From the NCBI GenBank assembly GCA_035625415.1, contig DASPPQ010000068.1, positions 23,590 to 87,589 of the forward strand: a stretch of DNA of 64,000 nt. Reading direction: 5' to 3'. This document shows, piece by piece, positions 28,804 to 38,175 of the stretch. The stretch's first letter is position 1. Every line of letters begins with the position of its first letter. The notes beneath the pieces were generated by a model, which saw nothing but the letters and a program-made list of their open reading frames with translations, searched no databases and was not told the origin of the DNA. A program made the translations under genes and the position numbers. This DNA comes from Thermodesulfobacteriota bacterium. GTDB taxonomy: Bacteria; Desulfobacterota; BSN033; UBA1163.

Positions 28804-30264
28804 ATGGGGTTCTTTTATTGGTTCATCTTTCTAATGACCGTTGCAATATTTATCTTTGCGATCCAAAATTCAACTGCTCCTACTGTTGCAATGAAATTTC
28901 TCATATGGAGATTCGATGCCTCCCTGATCTACACCTTTTTAGGATCGATCGGAGCGGGCATTCTCATGGCCTTTATCTTCTGGATTCCAAGAGCTATCAA
29001 GGTATCCATTCAATCGAAGGAGTTAAAAGAGCGGATAGAAAACCTTGAAAAAGTTTTATACGGACCTGCCGCCCCCGAAGAGGCACAAACCCAGAGAGTT
29101 ATGAAAAAAGCGATCGTTATTCCTGTCTATCTCAGATTCAATCAACCGGAGGAATTACCTCATTTAGAGGAACTGAGGTTGGCGAAGAGGGCAATCGAAA
29201 GCTTGAAGATATTGGAGGACCAGGATTTCACCCTCATCCTTCTTGTCTGTTTTGATTCGACTGGTGGAGAAGAGGAGGTTTCCTTGCTGGAGATGGACAG
29301 ATTCGTCAGAAAGGAGGTTCATAATCTATGGGAAGGGAAAACCATACTTTTCTCATCCCATCATCTGAAAATGTTAAGGAGAAATTTAGATCAAAGAGAT
29401 TTCAGAGGATTCTCTTCCCTTACGGATCTGAAGGGATTTTCAAAGATTCGTAACGTTGGCCTCCTTCTTGCTCAAGCGCTCTCGGTGGATGTGGCTATCT
29501 TCATCGATAATGACGAAGTCTTGGAAGCCCCGCGCTATTTAAAGGTCGCCTGTGAATATTTAAACGAGAGGTGGAATGGTAAGGTTGTGGCCGGAAAAGG
29601 AGGATTTTACGTTAATCCGGATGGGACGATCCTTCTCCCTCCGAGACGGCTTTGGTGGGATTTTCTCTGGAACAAGACGAAATGGATGAATCGGGTTTGG
29701 GAGAGAATCCTCTCATCTAAAGACCGACTCGTCTTTTCGCCGATCCTTTTGGGTGGAAACCTCGTCCTGCATTGTGACCTTTTTCGAAGCGTCCCCTTTG
29801 ACCCATATATTCCGAGAGGAGAGGATATCGATTATCTCATCAATGCCAGCCAGTTTGGGCTATCTCTCTTATTTGATCGAGAGCTCCAGATTAAACACCT
29901 TCACCCCGAAAGATCGGAAGCGTTCTTTCAGGAGGAGTTGCGGGGCGATATTGAACGGTTTCTCTATGAGCGAGAAAAGGTGAAAAGAGGGCTGTGTGTC
30001 GATCTCAACCCTTACCCAGGATATTTTTTGAGGTGGACCCTCTACCCCAGAGCGATTCTCACCTCTCTGTTCCTTAGTCTCAATTATTTGGGAAAAAGAG
30101 AATGGAAAAAGGCAAAGGAGTGTCTCAGCTGCGTGAGGCTCCTTTTTAAGAAGAGGGACGGAGACGGGTTGAACTATCTAAAATTTAGAGCAGATTGGGA
30201 GAGGGTGATGGTGGAAGTTCAAAGAAATTGGATGGTGGAAATATTGAAGAGTTGTTGGGTATAG
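28804..30264 (+). CDS. LapA-like (DUF1049) membrane anchor fused to a GT-A fold glycosyltransferase-like domain
   Basis: N-terminus FYWFIFLMTVAIFIFAIQNSTAPTVAMKFLIWRF...SIGAGILMAF is LapA/YciS-like. It is followed by IVIPVY and a FIDNDEV (DxD-like) segment. The start is placed at Met-19 of the ORF track because the upstream codons lie in a hairpin. Confidence 0.4.
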   Translation: MGFFYWFIFLMTVAIFIFAIQNSTAPTVAMKFLIWRFDASLIYTFLGSIGAGILMAFIFWIPRAIKVSIQSKELKERIENLEKVLYGPAAPEEAQTQRVMKKAIVIPVYLRFNQPEELPHLEELRLAKRAIESLKILEDQDFTLILLVCFDSTGGEEEVSLLEMDRFVRKEVHNLWEGKTILFSSHHLKMLRRNLDQRDFRGFSSLTDLKGFSKIRNVGLLLAQALSVDVAIFIDNDEVLEAPRYLKVACEYLNERWNGKVVAGKGGFYVNPDGTILLPPRRLWWDFLWNKTKWMNRVWERILSSKDRLVFSPILLGGNLVLHCDLFRSVPFDPYIPRGEDIDYLINASQFGLSLLFDRELQIKHLHPERSEAFFQEELRGDIERFLYEREKVKRGLCVDLNPYPGYFLRWTLYPRAILTSLFLSLNYLGKREWKKAKECLSCVRLLFKKRDGDGLNYLKFRADWERVMVEVQRNWMVEILKSCWV

Positions 30265-30279
30265 ATTCTGAGAGGGTGG

Positions 30280-31524
30280 ATGGAAGAGTCGTTTCGGACT
30301 CAGTTAGAAGAGGCTCAAGAGGCCGATATCTTAATCGGGATTCCGAGCTACAATAATGCCCGAACGATCGGTCATGTGGTGCTTGCGGTGATGGCCGGTC
30401 TTGCCAAATACTTTCCAAATGTCAGGGCAGTGATGGTCAACTCGGACGGTGGGTCATCCGACGGAACTCAAGACGAGGTCAGGAGGGTTCAGATCGAAGA
30501 TTTTAAGACCATTCTTACCTCCCATCCCGTCTATCCGATTCAGAAGATTGTTACTCCCTATCATGGAATCCCCGGAAAAGGAAGCGCCTTCCGCACCATT
30601 TTTGAGGCCGCCAGGATTCTAAAGGCAAAGGCCTGTGCAGTGGTCGATTCGGATTTGAGGTCGATCACCCCGGAATGGATGGAACTTCTTCTCAGGCCTA
30701 TTTACGAGGAGGGATTTGACTACGTCGCCCCTCTTTATGCCCGGCATAAATTCGATGGGACCATCACCAATAGTATCGTTTATCCTTTGACACGGGCGCT
30801 CTACGGGAAAAGAATTCGTCAGCCGATTGGAGGGGATTTTGGTTTTTCTGGAAAGCTGGCAGAATTCTATTTGACCAGAGATGTTTGGGAAACCGATGTC
30901 GCCCGGTTCGGAATTGATATCTGGATGACCACACTCGCCGTTGCCGAAGGATTTAAGGCATGTCAATCCTATCTCGGTGCTAAAATCCATGATGCGAAAG
31001 ACCCTGGAAGCGATCTCGGGCCGATGTTTACTCAAGTCGTCTCTTCTGTCTATCGTTTGATGGAGGAATATCAAACTCTTTGGAGAGGGGTTAAAGAATC
31101 GCAACCCATTCCAAGTTTTGGGTTTCATTATGAGGTGGGATTGGAGCCGATTTCTGTAAATGTAGAAGGGATGATAGGAAACTTCAGGCAAGGGGTTCGG
31201 GATCTGGCTGAAATTTGGGAAAAGGTGGTGCTTCCTGAAACAGTCCTATGGCTCGAGTCCATTGCACGGCTATCAGACGGAGCATTCTCCTTTCCCCAAG
31301 ATTTATGGGTTCGTTTAATCTATGATTTCGCTCTAGCCTATTACAAACGCGCGGTCCACCGCGAACATTTGCTGAAATCGATGATCCCCCTTTATTTAGG
31401 CCGGGTGGCGTCATTCGTTAAAGAAAATCAGAAAAGTTCTGCGGAGGAGGTCGAAAGAGAGATCGAATCCCTTTGCCAGGCCTTTGAACAGATGAAGCCT
31501 TATCTCATAGAACGCTGGGCCTGA
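30280..31524 (+). CDS. GT-A fold (family 2-like) glycosyltransferase
   Basis: ILIGIPSYNNARTIGHVV, NSDGGSSDGT and CAVVDSDL (DxD) motifs. 414 aa. Confidence 0.5.
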   Translation: MEESFRTQLEEAQEADILIGIPSYNNARTIGHVVLAVMAGLAKYFPNVRAVMVNSDGGSSDGTQDEVRRVQIEDFKTILTSHPVYPIQKIVTPYHGIPGKGSAFRTIFEAARILKAKACAVVDSDLRSITPEWMELLLRPIYEEGFDYVAPLYARHKFDGTITNSIVYPLTRALYGKRIRQPIGGDFGFSGKLAEFYLTRDVWETDVARFGIDIWMTTLAVAEGFKACQSYLGAKIHDAKDPGSDLGPMFTQVVSSVYRLMEEYQTLWRGVKESQPIPSFGFHYEVGLEPISVNVEGMIGNFRQGVRDLAEIWEKVVLPETVLWLESIARLSDGAFSFPQDLWVRLIYDFALAYYKRAVHREHLLKSMIPLYLGRVASFVKENQKSSAEEVEREIESLCQAFEQMKPYLIERWA

Positions 31525-31536
31525 AAAGAAGAGGAG

Positions 31537-32256
31537 GTGAAGGATATGGGAGAGGTGTGGAAAGTGACCATCACAGATTCCTTGAACAGATTTTTGGGCA
31601 AAGTCATCGTATTCTTACCCAATCTACTGGCGATGATCACCATCCTCGTCGTGGGGTTTTTCGTCGCCTGGATCTTCAAGAAGCTCCTTTTTCGTTTCCT
31701 GAAGGCCATCCAGTTTGACAAGGTGAGCAGACAATGGGGGTTGGCCGATGTCTTGTCCAAAGGAGGGGTGACTTATTCTCCTGCCAACCTTTTGAGCCGT
31801 TTCTTCTATTGGGTGATCGTTCTCGTTACGCTCATTTTAGGGATCAATGCTCTTGAAGTTGCAGCCACTCAAAACTTGATCACCCAATTCTTTAATTACC
31901 TCCCCCACCTTTTTGCTGCAGTGACTATCCTTGTTATCGGATATTTGATTGCCATCTTTCTGGGCCAGGCAACCCTCATTGCAGCGGTTAACGCCCAAAT
32001 GGAATCAGCCAAACTCCTGAGTCGATTGGTCCGATGGTTCTTTATCATTTTTTCCCTGAGCATGGCCCTCTATCAATTAGGCATTGCAGAAAAGGTGATC
32101 ACCGCAGCCTTCTCCGTTATCTTTGGGGGGATTGTTCTTGCTCTTGCCATAGCCTTTGGATGGGGAGGGAGAGAATTAGCCAAGGATCTTCTTGAGAGAC
32201 TGTATAAAAGAAAGGAGAAGGGTGGCGAAGGACCAGACCATATTTCTCATATCTGA
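31537..32256 (+). CDS. Membrane protein with repeated conserved-TM-helix segments (MscS-family N-terminal-like; mechanosensitive channel-related)
   Basis: Four long hydrophobic helices with repeated ...LL..I..LVVGF.VA.I/LGINALEVAATQNL pattern. No cytoplasmic MscS beta-domain. Confidence 0.35.
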   Translation: MKDMGEVWKVTITDSLNRFLGKVIVFLPNLLAMITILVVGFFVAWIFKKLLFRFLKAIQFDKVSRQWGLADVLSKGGVTYSPANLLSRFFYWVIVLVTLILGINALEVAATQNLITQFFNYLPHLFAAVTILVIGYLIAIFLGQATLIAAVNAQMESAKLLSRLVRWFFIIFSLSMALYQLGIAEKVITAAFSVIFGGIVLALAIAFGWGGRELAKDLLERLYKRKEKGGEGPDHISHI

Positions 32257-32259
32257 AAA

Positions 32260-32340
32260 ATGCGCCGTCTCCCGGGTGTCATCTCCAATCTATCCGCCCT
32301 CGCTGCTTCAAGATGGGTGAAGACCTGGACTGTGAAATAA
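32260..32340 (+). repeat. Direct duplicate of the 3' end of kdpD (orphan 26-codon fragment with ATG and stop)
   Basis: atgcgccgtctcccgggtgtcatctccaatctatccgccctcgctgcttcaagatgggtgaagacctgg... encodes MRRLPGVISNLSALAASRWVKTWTVK*. The kdpD C-terminus is ...RRLLGVISNLSALAASRWVKPWSAS* at 26524-26601. The 60-nt core is about 85% identical. Confidence 0.7.
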
Positions 32341-32407
32341 GGGGAAAATCGGAATCATTATTCTATTTCTTTGGCCTCCGCCGCTTCAACCAGCATTTGC
32401 GTGCCTT

Positions 32408-33670
32408 CTACACAAAAAATACGAAGGTAACGATAACAAAGAGAGGGACGAGAATGCCACATGACCAGAGCATATATCCGAAGAAAGAAGGAATGTTGAT
32501 CTTCTGGTGCTCACAAATCACCTTGACCATGAAATTCGGGCCATTCCCAATATAGGAATTTGCTCCCATAAAAACCGCTCCGACCGAAATCGCCTCCAAA
32601 TATTTGATTGGGATTCCGATGATCTCTTTCGGCAACCCGGTTGCCTGAGCAAACCCCTGTGCCAGGCTCAAAAATGTTACATAAGTGGGGGTATTATCGA
32701 GGAAGGAAGAGAGTCCTCCGGTTGTCCAGAAAAAGTGCCAGGGAAGACGAACTCCGAATTCAGCTCCCCGTGCCTCTAAAATGAGAAGTGCAGGGACCAT
32801 CGTTATAAATATAGCTGCGAAGAGAACGGCCACTTCAATGATTGGGGCATAGTTAAACTCATTTCGCTCGCGAATCTTTTTGGGTGTGACAACAAGGGAA
32901 AAGACTGATAACGCGACCATCACGCCTTCCCTAATGGGGGTATCGAAAAATATGACACTTAAGAGCACGCCGATGATGAATAGAATGTTTATTCTTCCGT
33001 GGAGGGAAATAGGTTCCACCATCTTCTTATCCAGCCTTATTGCTTCCGGGGACTCCCTCTTCCAGAAATGAAAATCAATAAAATAAAAGACGATGAGAAT
33101 GAGCGTCATCATGAATATCCAGTAAGGGAAGAGTCTTAGAGTCCAGAAAAACGGGACTCCTCTCAAGTAACCCATGAATAAGGGGGGATCACCAAGAGGA
33201 GTGAGACATCCGCCAATATTGCAGACGATAAAGATAAAGAAAATCGGGATGTGGGCGATCAGCCGCCTTTCGCTGTTCGTCCTTAAGATAGGTCTTATCA
33301 AAAGCATCGCAGCCCCGGTGGTCCCGAATATATTGGCTATGATCCCACCGATCAAAAGGAAAAGGGTATTATGTAAGGGAGTGGCCTCGATATCGCCGCT
33401 TAAGAATATTCCTCCGGAGATAATAAAGAGAGAGGCGAGCAAAATGATAAAGGAGAAATATTCCTTAATTTCATGAATCAATGGGTTGAAATTATTATAC
33501 TGCCAGAAAAGAATAACCACGGGCAGAGAGAGAATTCCAGAGACGATCGCTTTATTCCGATTGCTGTCCCAGAAACGGCTATGGGTAAGCGGTAAAATGG
33601 CAATAGAAAGTAAAAGAAGAACAAAAAAAGACACGGTCCAGAATGGCAGAATTTGTCCTAAATTTTCCAT
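32408..33670 (-). CDS. ArsB/NhaD-superfamily ion transporter (putative Na+/H+ antiporter)
   Basis: 420 aa with about 12 TM helices. GDPPLFMGYLRGVPFFWT and NGPNFMV motifs are typical of NhaD/CitMHS-type permeases. Confidence 0.55.
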   Translation of the reverse strand: MENLGQILPFWTVSFFVLLLLSIAILPLTHSRFWDSNRNKAIVSGILSLPVVILFWQYNNFNPLIHEIKEYFSFIILLASLFIISGGIFLSGDIEATPLHNTLFLLIGGIIANIFGTTGAAMLLIRPILRTNSERRLIAHIPIFFIFIVCNIGGCLTPLGDPPLFMGYLRGVPFFWTLRLFPYWIFMMTLILIVFYFIDFHFWKRESPEAIRLDKKMVEPISLHGRINILFIIGVLLSVIFFDTPIREGVMVALSVFSLVVTPKKIRERNEFNYAPIIEVAVLFAAIFITMVPALLILEARGAEFGVRLPWHFFWTTGGLSSFLDNTPTYVTFLSLAQGFAQATGLPKEIIGIPIKYLEAISVGAVFMGANSYIGNGPNFMVKVICEHQKINIPSFFGYMLWSCGILVPLFVIVTFVFFV

Positions 33671-33825
33671 CCCCGCCCTCTCTTAGCAAAAATCGTCAAC
33701 TAAGTTAACGTCCATTGAGTATCATTGCATAAGGAGTGAGCCGTTCCATGAGACGGCTTGTCAGCCCCCGCAATAACGACTTTGTTAAGTTGGCCGTTAC
33801 AATCTAAAGCATACCGCTATCCCCG

Positions 33826-34551
33826 TCAAGGCTTCTCGCTATCTTTTTGCTGCCGTGTTTTGCCGGAGATGACCAAAGTGATTTCACCCTTTAACTTTCG
33901 TCCGGTGACCTGAGCCTGAACCTCACTGACTTTCCCCCTGAGAACCTCTTCATAGATCTTTGTCAGCTCGCGGGTGAGGACGATCTCTCGGTCCCCGAGG
34001 ACCTCATGGATATCTCTTAGTGTTTCGGAAATACGATGGGGAGATTCGTAAAAGATAAGAGTCTCCTTTACGTCTGCTAATTCCTTCAGGAGATCTCTCC
34101 GCTTCTTCATTTTATGGGGAAAGAATCCCTTAAAAAAAAAGGCATCTGTTGGGAGTCCAGAAACGCTCAGAGCCGCAATCACAGCGGAAGGACCGGGGAT
34201 GGGAACAATAGCGATCCGGTTTTCAACGGCTGCCAGTACGAGGCGGAACCCGGGGTCGGAGATGCCAGGGGTGCCGGCATCCGAAACGAGGGCAATTCGC
34301 TCGCCCTGCATCAGTTTGGAGAGGATGAATTCCTTTTTTCTTAATTCGTTTCCTTCAAAATAACTGGTGAGAGGGGTCTGAATCCCGAAATGCTTGAGGA
34401 AGAGGCCGGTATGCCGAGTGTCCTCCGCGGCAACCAAATCTACTTCTTTAAGGATGCGGAGGGCCCTCAGGGTGATATCCTCCCGGTTTCCAATCGGGGT
34501 GGAAACAATATAGAGCGTGCCCTTTGTGGGGTTGGAAGAACGAAACGTCAT
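33826..34551 (-). CDS. rsmI: 16S rRNA (cytidine1402-2'-O)-methyltransferase RsmI
   Basis: LYIVSTPIGNREDITLRALRILKEVDLVAAEDTRHTG is the tetrapyrrole-methylase-fold RsmI signature. Confidence 0.8.
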   Translation of the reverse strand: MTFRSSNPTKGTLYIVSTPIGNREDITLRALRILKEVDLVAAEDTRHTGLFLKHFGIQTPLTSYFEGNELRKKEFILSKLMQGERIALVSDAGTPGISDPGFRLVLAAVENRIAIVPIPGPSAVIAALSVSGLPTDAFFFKGFFPHKMKKRRDLLKELADVKETLIFYESPHRISETLRDIHEVLGDREIVLTRELTKIYEEVLRGKVSEVQAQVTGRKLKGEITLVISGKTRQQKDSEKP

Positions 34552-34786
34552 AATTCTCTAGAATCATTGACTATTCACAAAACTATCATTTATTAACGAA
34601 TTGAGCAAGAGTGGGCCGCAAAAAATTTGTTGACAAATGGTGTCAAAATCCATAAAGATATTGTCAAGCTTCTCGGCCCGTAGCAGGGCCGTTCGGCTGG
34701 CCTTCTCAGAGAGTTAGTCATCCCGTGTGGCTTCTGCGGGCAATCGGGGGTAGCACTTTAAGTGCGGGATTGAGGCAAAGGGATTT

Positions 34787-36553
34787 ATGGCCGAAGAGGT
34801 TTCAGCAGATAAAAAGGCTCTTGATCTCAGCGCTGAGATGCCCTCGGTTGAAGGAATGGAAAGCGACGAGGAGTTCATCGTCGCCAGAGATTTGATGAGC
34901 GCCTTCATCAAGGCGATCAAGGCCTTTCGTTTTTACCCACCGGATAACCCGGCCCTGAAAGGATTCCGAGACCAGGTCCTTAAGAAATTCCAATTTTTCC
35001 TGAACAAATATCAGTCCCTTGTGATTCAGGTAGGAGAATACGATCTCTCCTTTAAGGGGAAGATCTTATATGAAAATAGAGATGTGAAGACGAGTCTTGC
35101 CCTTCTTCTGCACAAAGACGGGTTGAGGGAAATCCGTTTTATGAAGGGACTGGAAGAATGGGAGGTTCAGGGGATCATTGATATCCTCAAGCAGAGCGAC
35201 AATATCAATCAATTGGAGGATGACATCGTTACCTTGATGTGGGAAAAGGATTTCGAACACATCAGTCATTTGGCAACGGATGAATTCTTGGAGGAGACAC
35301 CCGTTGTCATACCCGAGAATATTGAACAGTTCAGAAAGAATCTTTTCTTCAAACCTCTTGCGCACCATGTGGAGATAGACCCCGAAGAAGAAGGTTCAGA
35401 GGATGGGGGCGATTTGGATGAGCTCCTTTCCAAGGGGGTCGAGGAACCTGCTCCATTTGTTTCAGATCGAAGCGTCTATTTCCTCACCTCAGACGAAGTC
35501 GATGGGTTGAGAAAGGATGTTGAAGCGGAGATCGATCCAACCTTTATTTTCAATATTCTGGACATCCTGTATGAAATTTTGACTTTGGAAAAAGAGCCCG
35601 AGCCCTATCAAGATGCGGTCAATGTCTTGATCAAGGCACTCGACGCCTTTTTGACCCTCGGCGAGTTCACCAAAGCAACCGATCTTTTGAAACGAGTGAA
35701 TATCATCCTTAAAACTTATGACTTGCAGGATTGGCAGATCGAGAGCATCCGGAGAATCATCGTAGAGGCTGGCGACGACGTGCGGATCAACCGGATCGGC
35801 AAGGTGTTGGAGAGGATAGACGTTCGCCTGGAAGATGTCAACGTCTATCTTTTGCTCCTTCAAAAAAACGCTATCGCCCCTCTCATCAAGCTCTTAGGGG
35901 AACTTAAGAACTCGAAGGCGAGAAGAGTATTCTGTGACGCCCTCTCCGAAATCGGAAAGAACGCCGTTGAGCTGATCACTCCTTTTATTGACGACCGGCG
36001 ATGGTTCTTGGTTCGAAATATTACCTACATCTTAGGCCGAATTGGAAAGGAACAATCCCTTCCGTACATCCTAAAGGCATTCAATCATGAGGAAAATCGG
36101 GTGAGGAGAGAAGCTGTGCAGGCGCTGGGGCTCATCGGCGGGTCGAAGGCCGTCGGAGTATTAGTCAAGGCGCTCACAGACAATGATGTCCGAATCCGTT
36201 GTATGGCGGCGATTAACTTGGGGAAGGTAGGCAAAGAAGCTGGCCTCATTCCTCTTCTGGAAGTGGTGGAATTTAAAGAGTTTTATAAAAGAGAACCGGT
36301 GGAGATCAAAGCCTTCTTCAACGCTATCGGGATGGTTGGCTCCAACGAAGCGGTTCCCATACTGGAGCAACTCTTAGGGCGAAAGAGTTGGTTCGGCCGA
36401 GGGCCCACGGATGAAATCCGGTTCGGAGCAGCGAGAGCGATAGCCATGATTGGAAGCCCCGAGGCAAAAGCCATCCTGGAGGAAGGGAAGAGCTCAAAGG
36501 ACGATTCCATCCGGGAAGCTTGCCTCCAGGCGTTGAGGGGCCAATCCTCCTGA
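34787..36553 (+). CDS. HEAT-repeat (PBS-lyase-like) protein with unknown N-terminal domain
   Basis: C-terminal third has repeated ...RRWFLVRNITYILGRIG..., ...RVRREAVQALGLIGG..., ...VRIRCMAAINLGKVG... HEAT-like units. Confidence 0.5.
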   Translation: MAEEVSADKKALDLSAEMPSVEGMESDEEFIVARDLMSAFIKAIKAFRFYPPDNPALKGFRDQVLKKFQFFLNKYQSLVIQVGEYDLSFKGKILYENRDVKTSLALLLHKDGLREIRFMKGLEEWEVQGIIDILKQSDNINQLEDDIVTLMWEKDFEHISHLATDEFLEETPVVIPENIEQFRKNLFFKPLAHHVEIDPEEEGSEDGGDLDELLSKGVEEPAPFVSDRSVYFLTSDEVDGLRKDVEAEIDPTFIFNILDILYEILTLEKEPEPYQDAVNVLIKALDAFLTLGEFTKATDLLKRVNIILKTYDLQDWQIESIRRIIVEAGDDVRINRIGKVLERIDVRLEDVNVYLLLLQKNAIAPLIKLLGELKNSKARRVFCDALSEIGKNAVELITPFIDDRRWFLVRNITYILGRIGKEQSLPYILKAFNHEENRVRREAVQALGLIGGSKAVGVLVKALTDNDVRIRCMAAINLGKVGKEAGLIPLLEVVEFKEFYKREPVEIKAFFNAIGMVGSNEAVPILEQLLGRKSWFGRGPTDEIRFGAARAIAMIGSPEAKAILEEGKSSKDDSIREACLQALRGQSS

Positions 36554-36568
36554 GGAATCAACCGTCTG

Positions 36569-38020
36569 ATGCCAGAAGAGAAACCCACCACCCTTGATCA
36601 CGAACATCTGCCGACAAAATTAGGAACAGAATTTGTCACAAAATTCAATCGACTCCTAAAAGGAGCGGCCATCTACGATCAGAAGAATGTCAACATCGAC
36701 CGCCTGACGCGTGAATGTGTCCAGACGATCAACGGTATCATCCGATCTCAAGGAAATTTTTTCTTGAAGATCGTTCGTGATAATTTTTTCTTCAATAATA
36801 CCCGGATTGTTGTGAGAGCTGATAAATATCCCATCTTCAAAGCATTTTGGCAGGAGATGAAAAAGCGGTGGATCGGGGAGGTGGAGTTTTTAGAAGAGGT
36901 GAAGGGAGAGCACCTGACGGATTTTGTTTATCTTCTCTCGGGGCTGGAGGAAAATAATGAGAGCAATTACCTCTATGTTAAGAAGCAATTAGAATACCGA
37001 AACATCCAATCCATCGAAGTCGGGAAACTGGAGTTCTTTAGAGACGAAGAGATCTATGTCGATTCGGAGGATCGGAAGAAACATTCGAAAGAGGTCTATT
37101 TTAAGTCCATCGGCTTGGTCAAGGAAGTGGTGGAGAACATCAATCAACAAAAAGCGCTCAATATCCGAAAAGCCAAGCGCCTGATGCAAAACGCTGTCAA
37201 CGCTATCTTGCAGGATGATTCCACTCTGTTGGGATTGGCGAATATCAAGAACTATGACGAATACACCTTCAATCATTCCGTGAATGTGGCCATCTATGCC
37301 ATTGCCTTGGGGCAGAGGATCGGCATTCCCAAGAAGCACCTTTCTCATCTGGGCATGGCAGGGTTATTCCATGATATGGGAAAGACGAGAATTCCGAAGG
37401 AGATTCTTAACAAAACGGGAAAGTTGTCCCCTGAAGAATGGTCGGTCATGCGCTCCCACCCCGTCGTCGGGACGGAACTCATCATGAGGATGAAGGAATG
37501 GGGAGAACTCTCCACCCGGATGATTGAAGGCGCTTTTGAGCACCACCTTCGGTATGATTTGACCGGGTATCCGAGACTTACCCGGAAGAGAAAGATCAGC
37601 CTATTTGGCAGAATCGTAGCCATTGGCGATTTTTATGATGCCTTGGTGAGACCGCGGGTCTACAATCGATTCCCGTATGTGTCCGAAAAAATTCTTGGAA
37701 TCATGCTGGAACGGAGTGGAAAAGACTTCGACCCTGCCATCGTCAAGGTCTTCATCAACATGATCGGCATCTTCCCTCTCGGGACCCTGGTTCTGCTAAA
37801 CACGAATGAAATGGGGATTGTTACCCACATCCAAGAGGATACAGAACTGATCGACCGGCCGAGGGTCTGCCTTCTTTATTACGGCGACGGGGAGTATCGG
37901 AAAGGAAAAATGGTGGATCTGAAAGAGAGGGACGACGCGAGCGGGGATTTCAAGAGGAGCGTCGTCAAAACCCTCGACCCAAATCAATATAACATCAACG
38001 CGGCCGAATTTCTTATGTAA
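36569..38020 (+). CDS. HD-GYP domain c-di-GMP phosphodiesterase with N-terminal domain of unknown function
   Basis: HDMGKTRIP (HD) and LTGYPRL (GYP) motifs. Lies 16 nt downstream of the HEAT-repeat gene. Confidence 0.75.
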   Translation: MPEEKPTTLDHEHLPTKLGTEFVTKFNRLLKGAAIYDQKNVNIDRLTRECVQTINGIIRSQGNFFLKIVRDNFFFNNTRIVVRADKYPIFKAFWQEMKKRWIGEVEFLEEVKGEHLTDFVYLLSGLEENNESNYLYVKKQLEYRNIQSIEVGKLEFFRDEEIYVDSEDRKKHSKEVYFKSIGLVKEVVENINQQKALNIRKAKRLMQNAVNAILQDDSTLLGLANIKNYDEYTFNHSVNVAIYAIALGQRIGIPKKHLSHLGMAGLFHDMGKTRIPKEILNKTGKLSPEEWSVMRSHPVVGTELIMRMKEWGELSTRMIEGAFEHHLRYDLTGYPRLTRKRKISLFGRIVAIGDFYDALVRPRVYNRFPYVSEKILGIMLERSGKDFDPAIVKVFINMIGIFPLGTLVLLNTNEMGIVTHIQEDTELIDRPRVCLLYYGDGEYRKGKMVDLKERDDASGDFKRSVVKTLDPNQYNINAAEFLM

Positions 38021-38069
38021 CCTACCTGAAAACTAACCAAAGATATTTGAAATCTTGGCATTACTTTCT

Positions 38070-38145
38070 CGTTATTCCTGCGGAAACAGGAATCCAGGAT
38101 TTTCCTTGTGAGAACTTTTCTGGATTCTCGCTTTCGCGGGAATGA
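38070..38145. repeat. Nested-stem structured element X2 (second copy of the 22960-23024 element)
   Basis: gttattcc-tgcggaaaca-ggaatccag-gattttccttgtgagaacttttc-tggattc-tcgctttcgcg-ggaatgac. Sits in a convergent intergenic region (HD-GYP + strand / mazG - strand). Confidence 0.5.
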
Positions 38146-38175
38146 CACCCGTTAGTTACCGACGCAACTTGCAAT

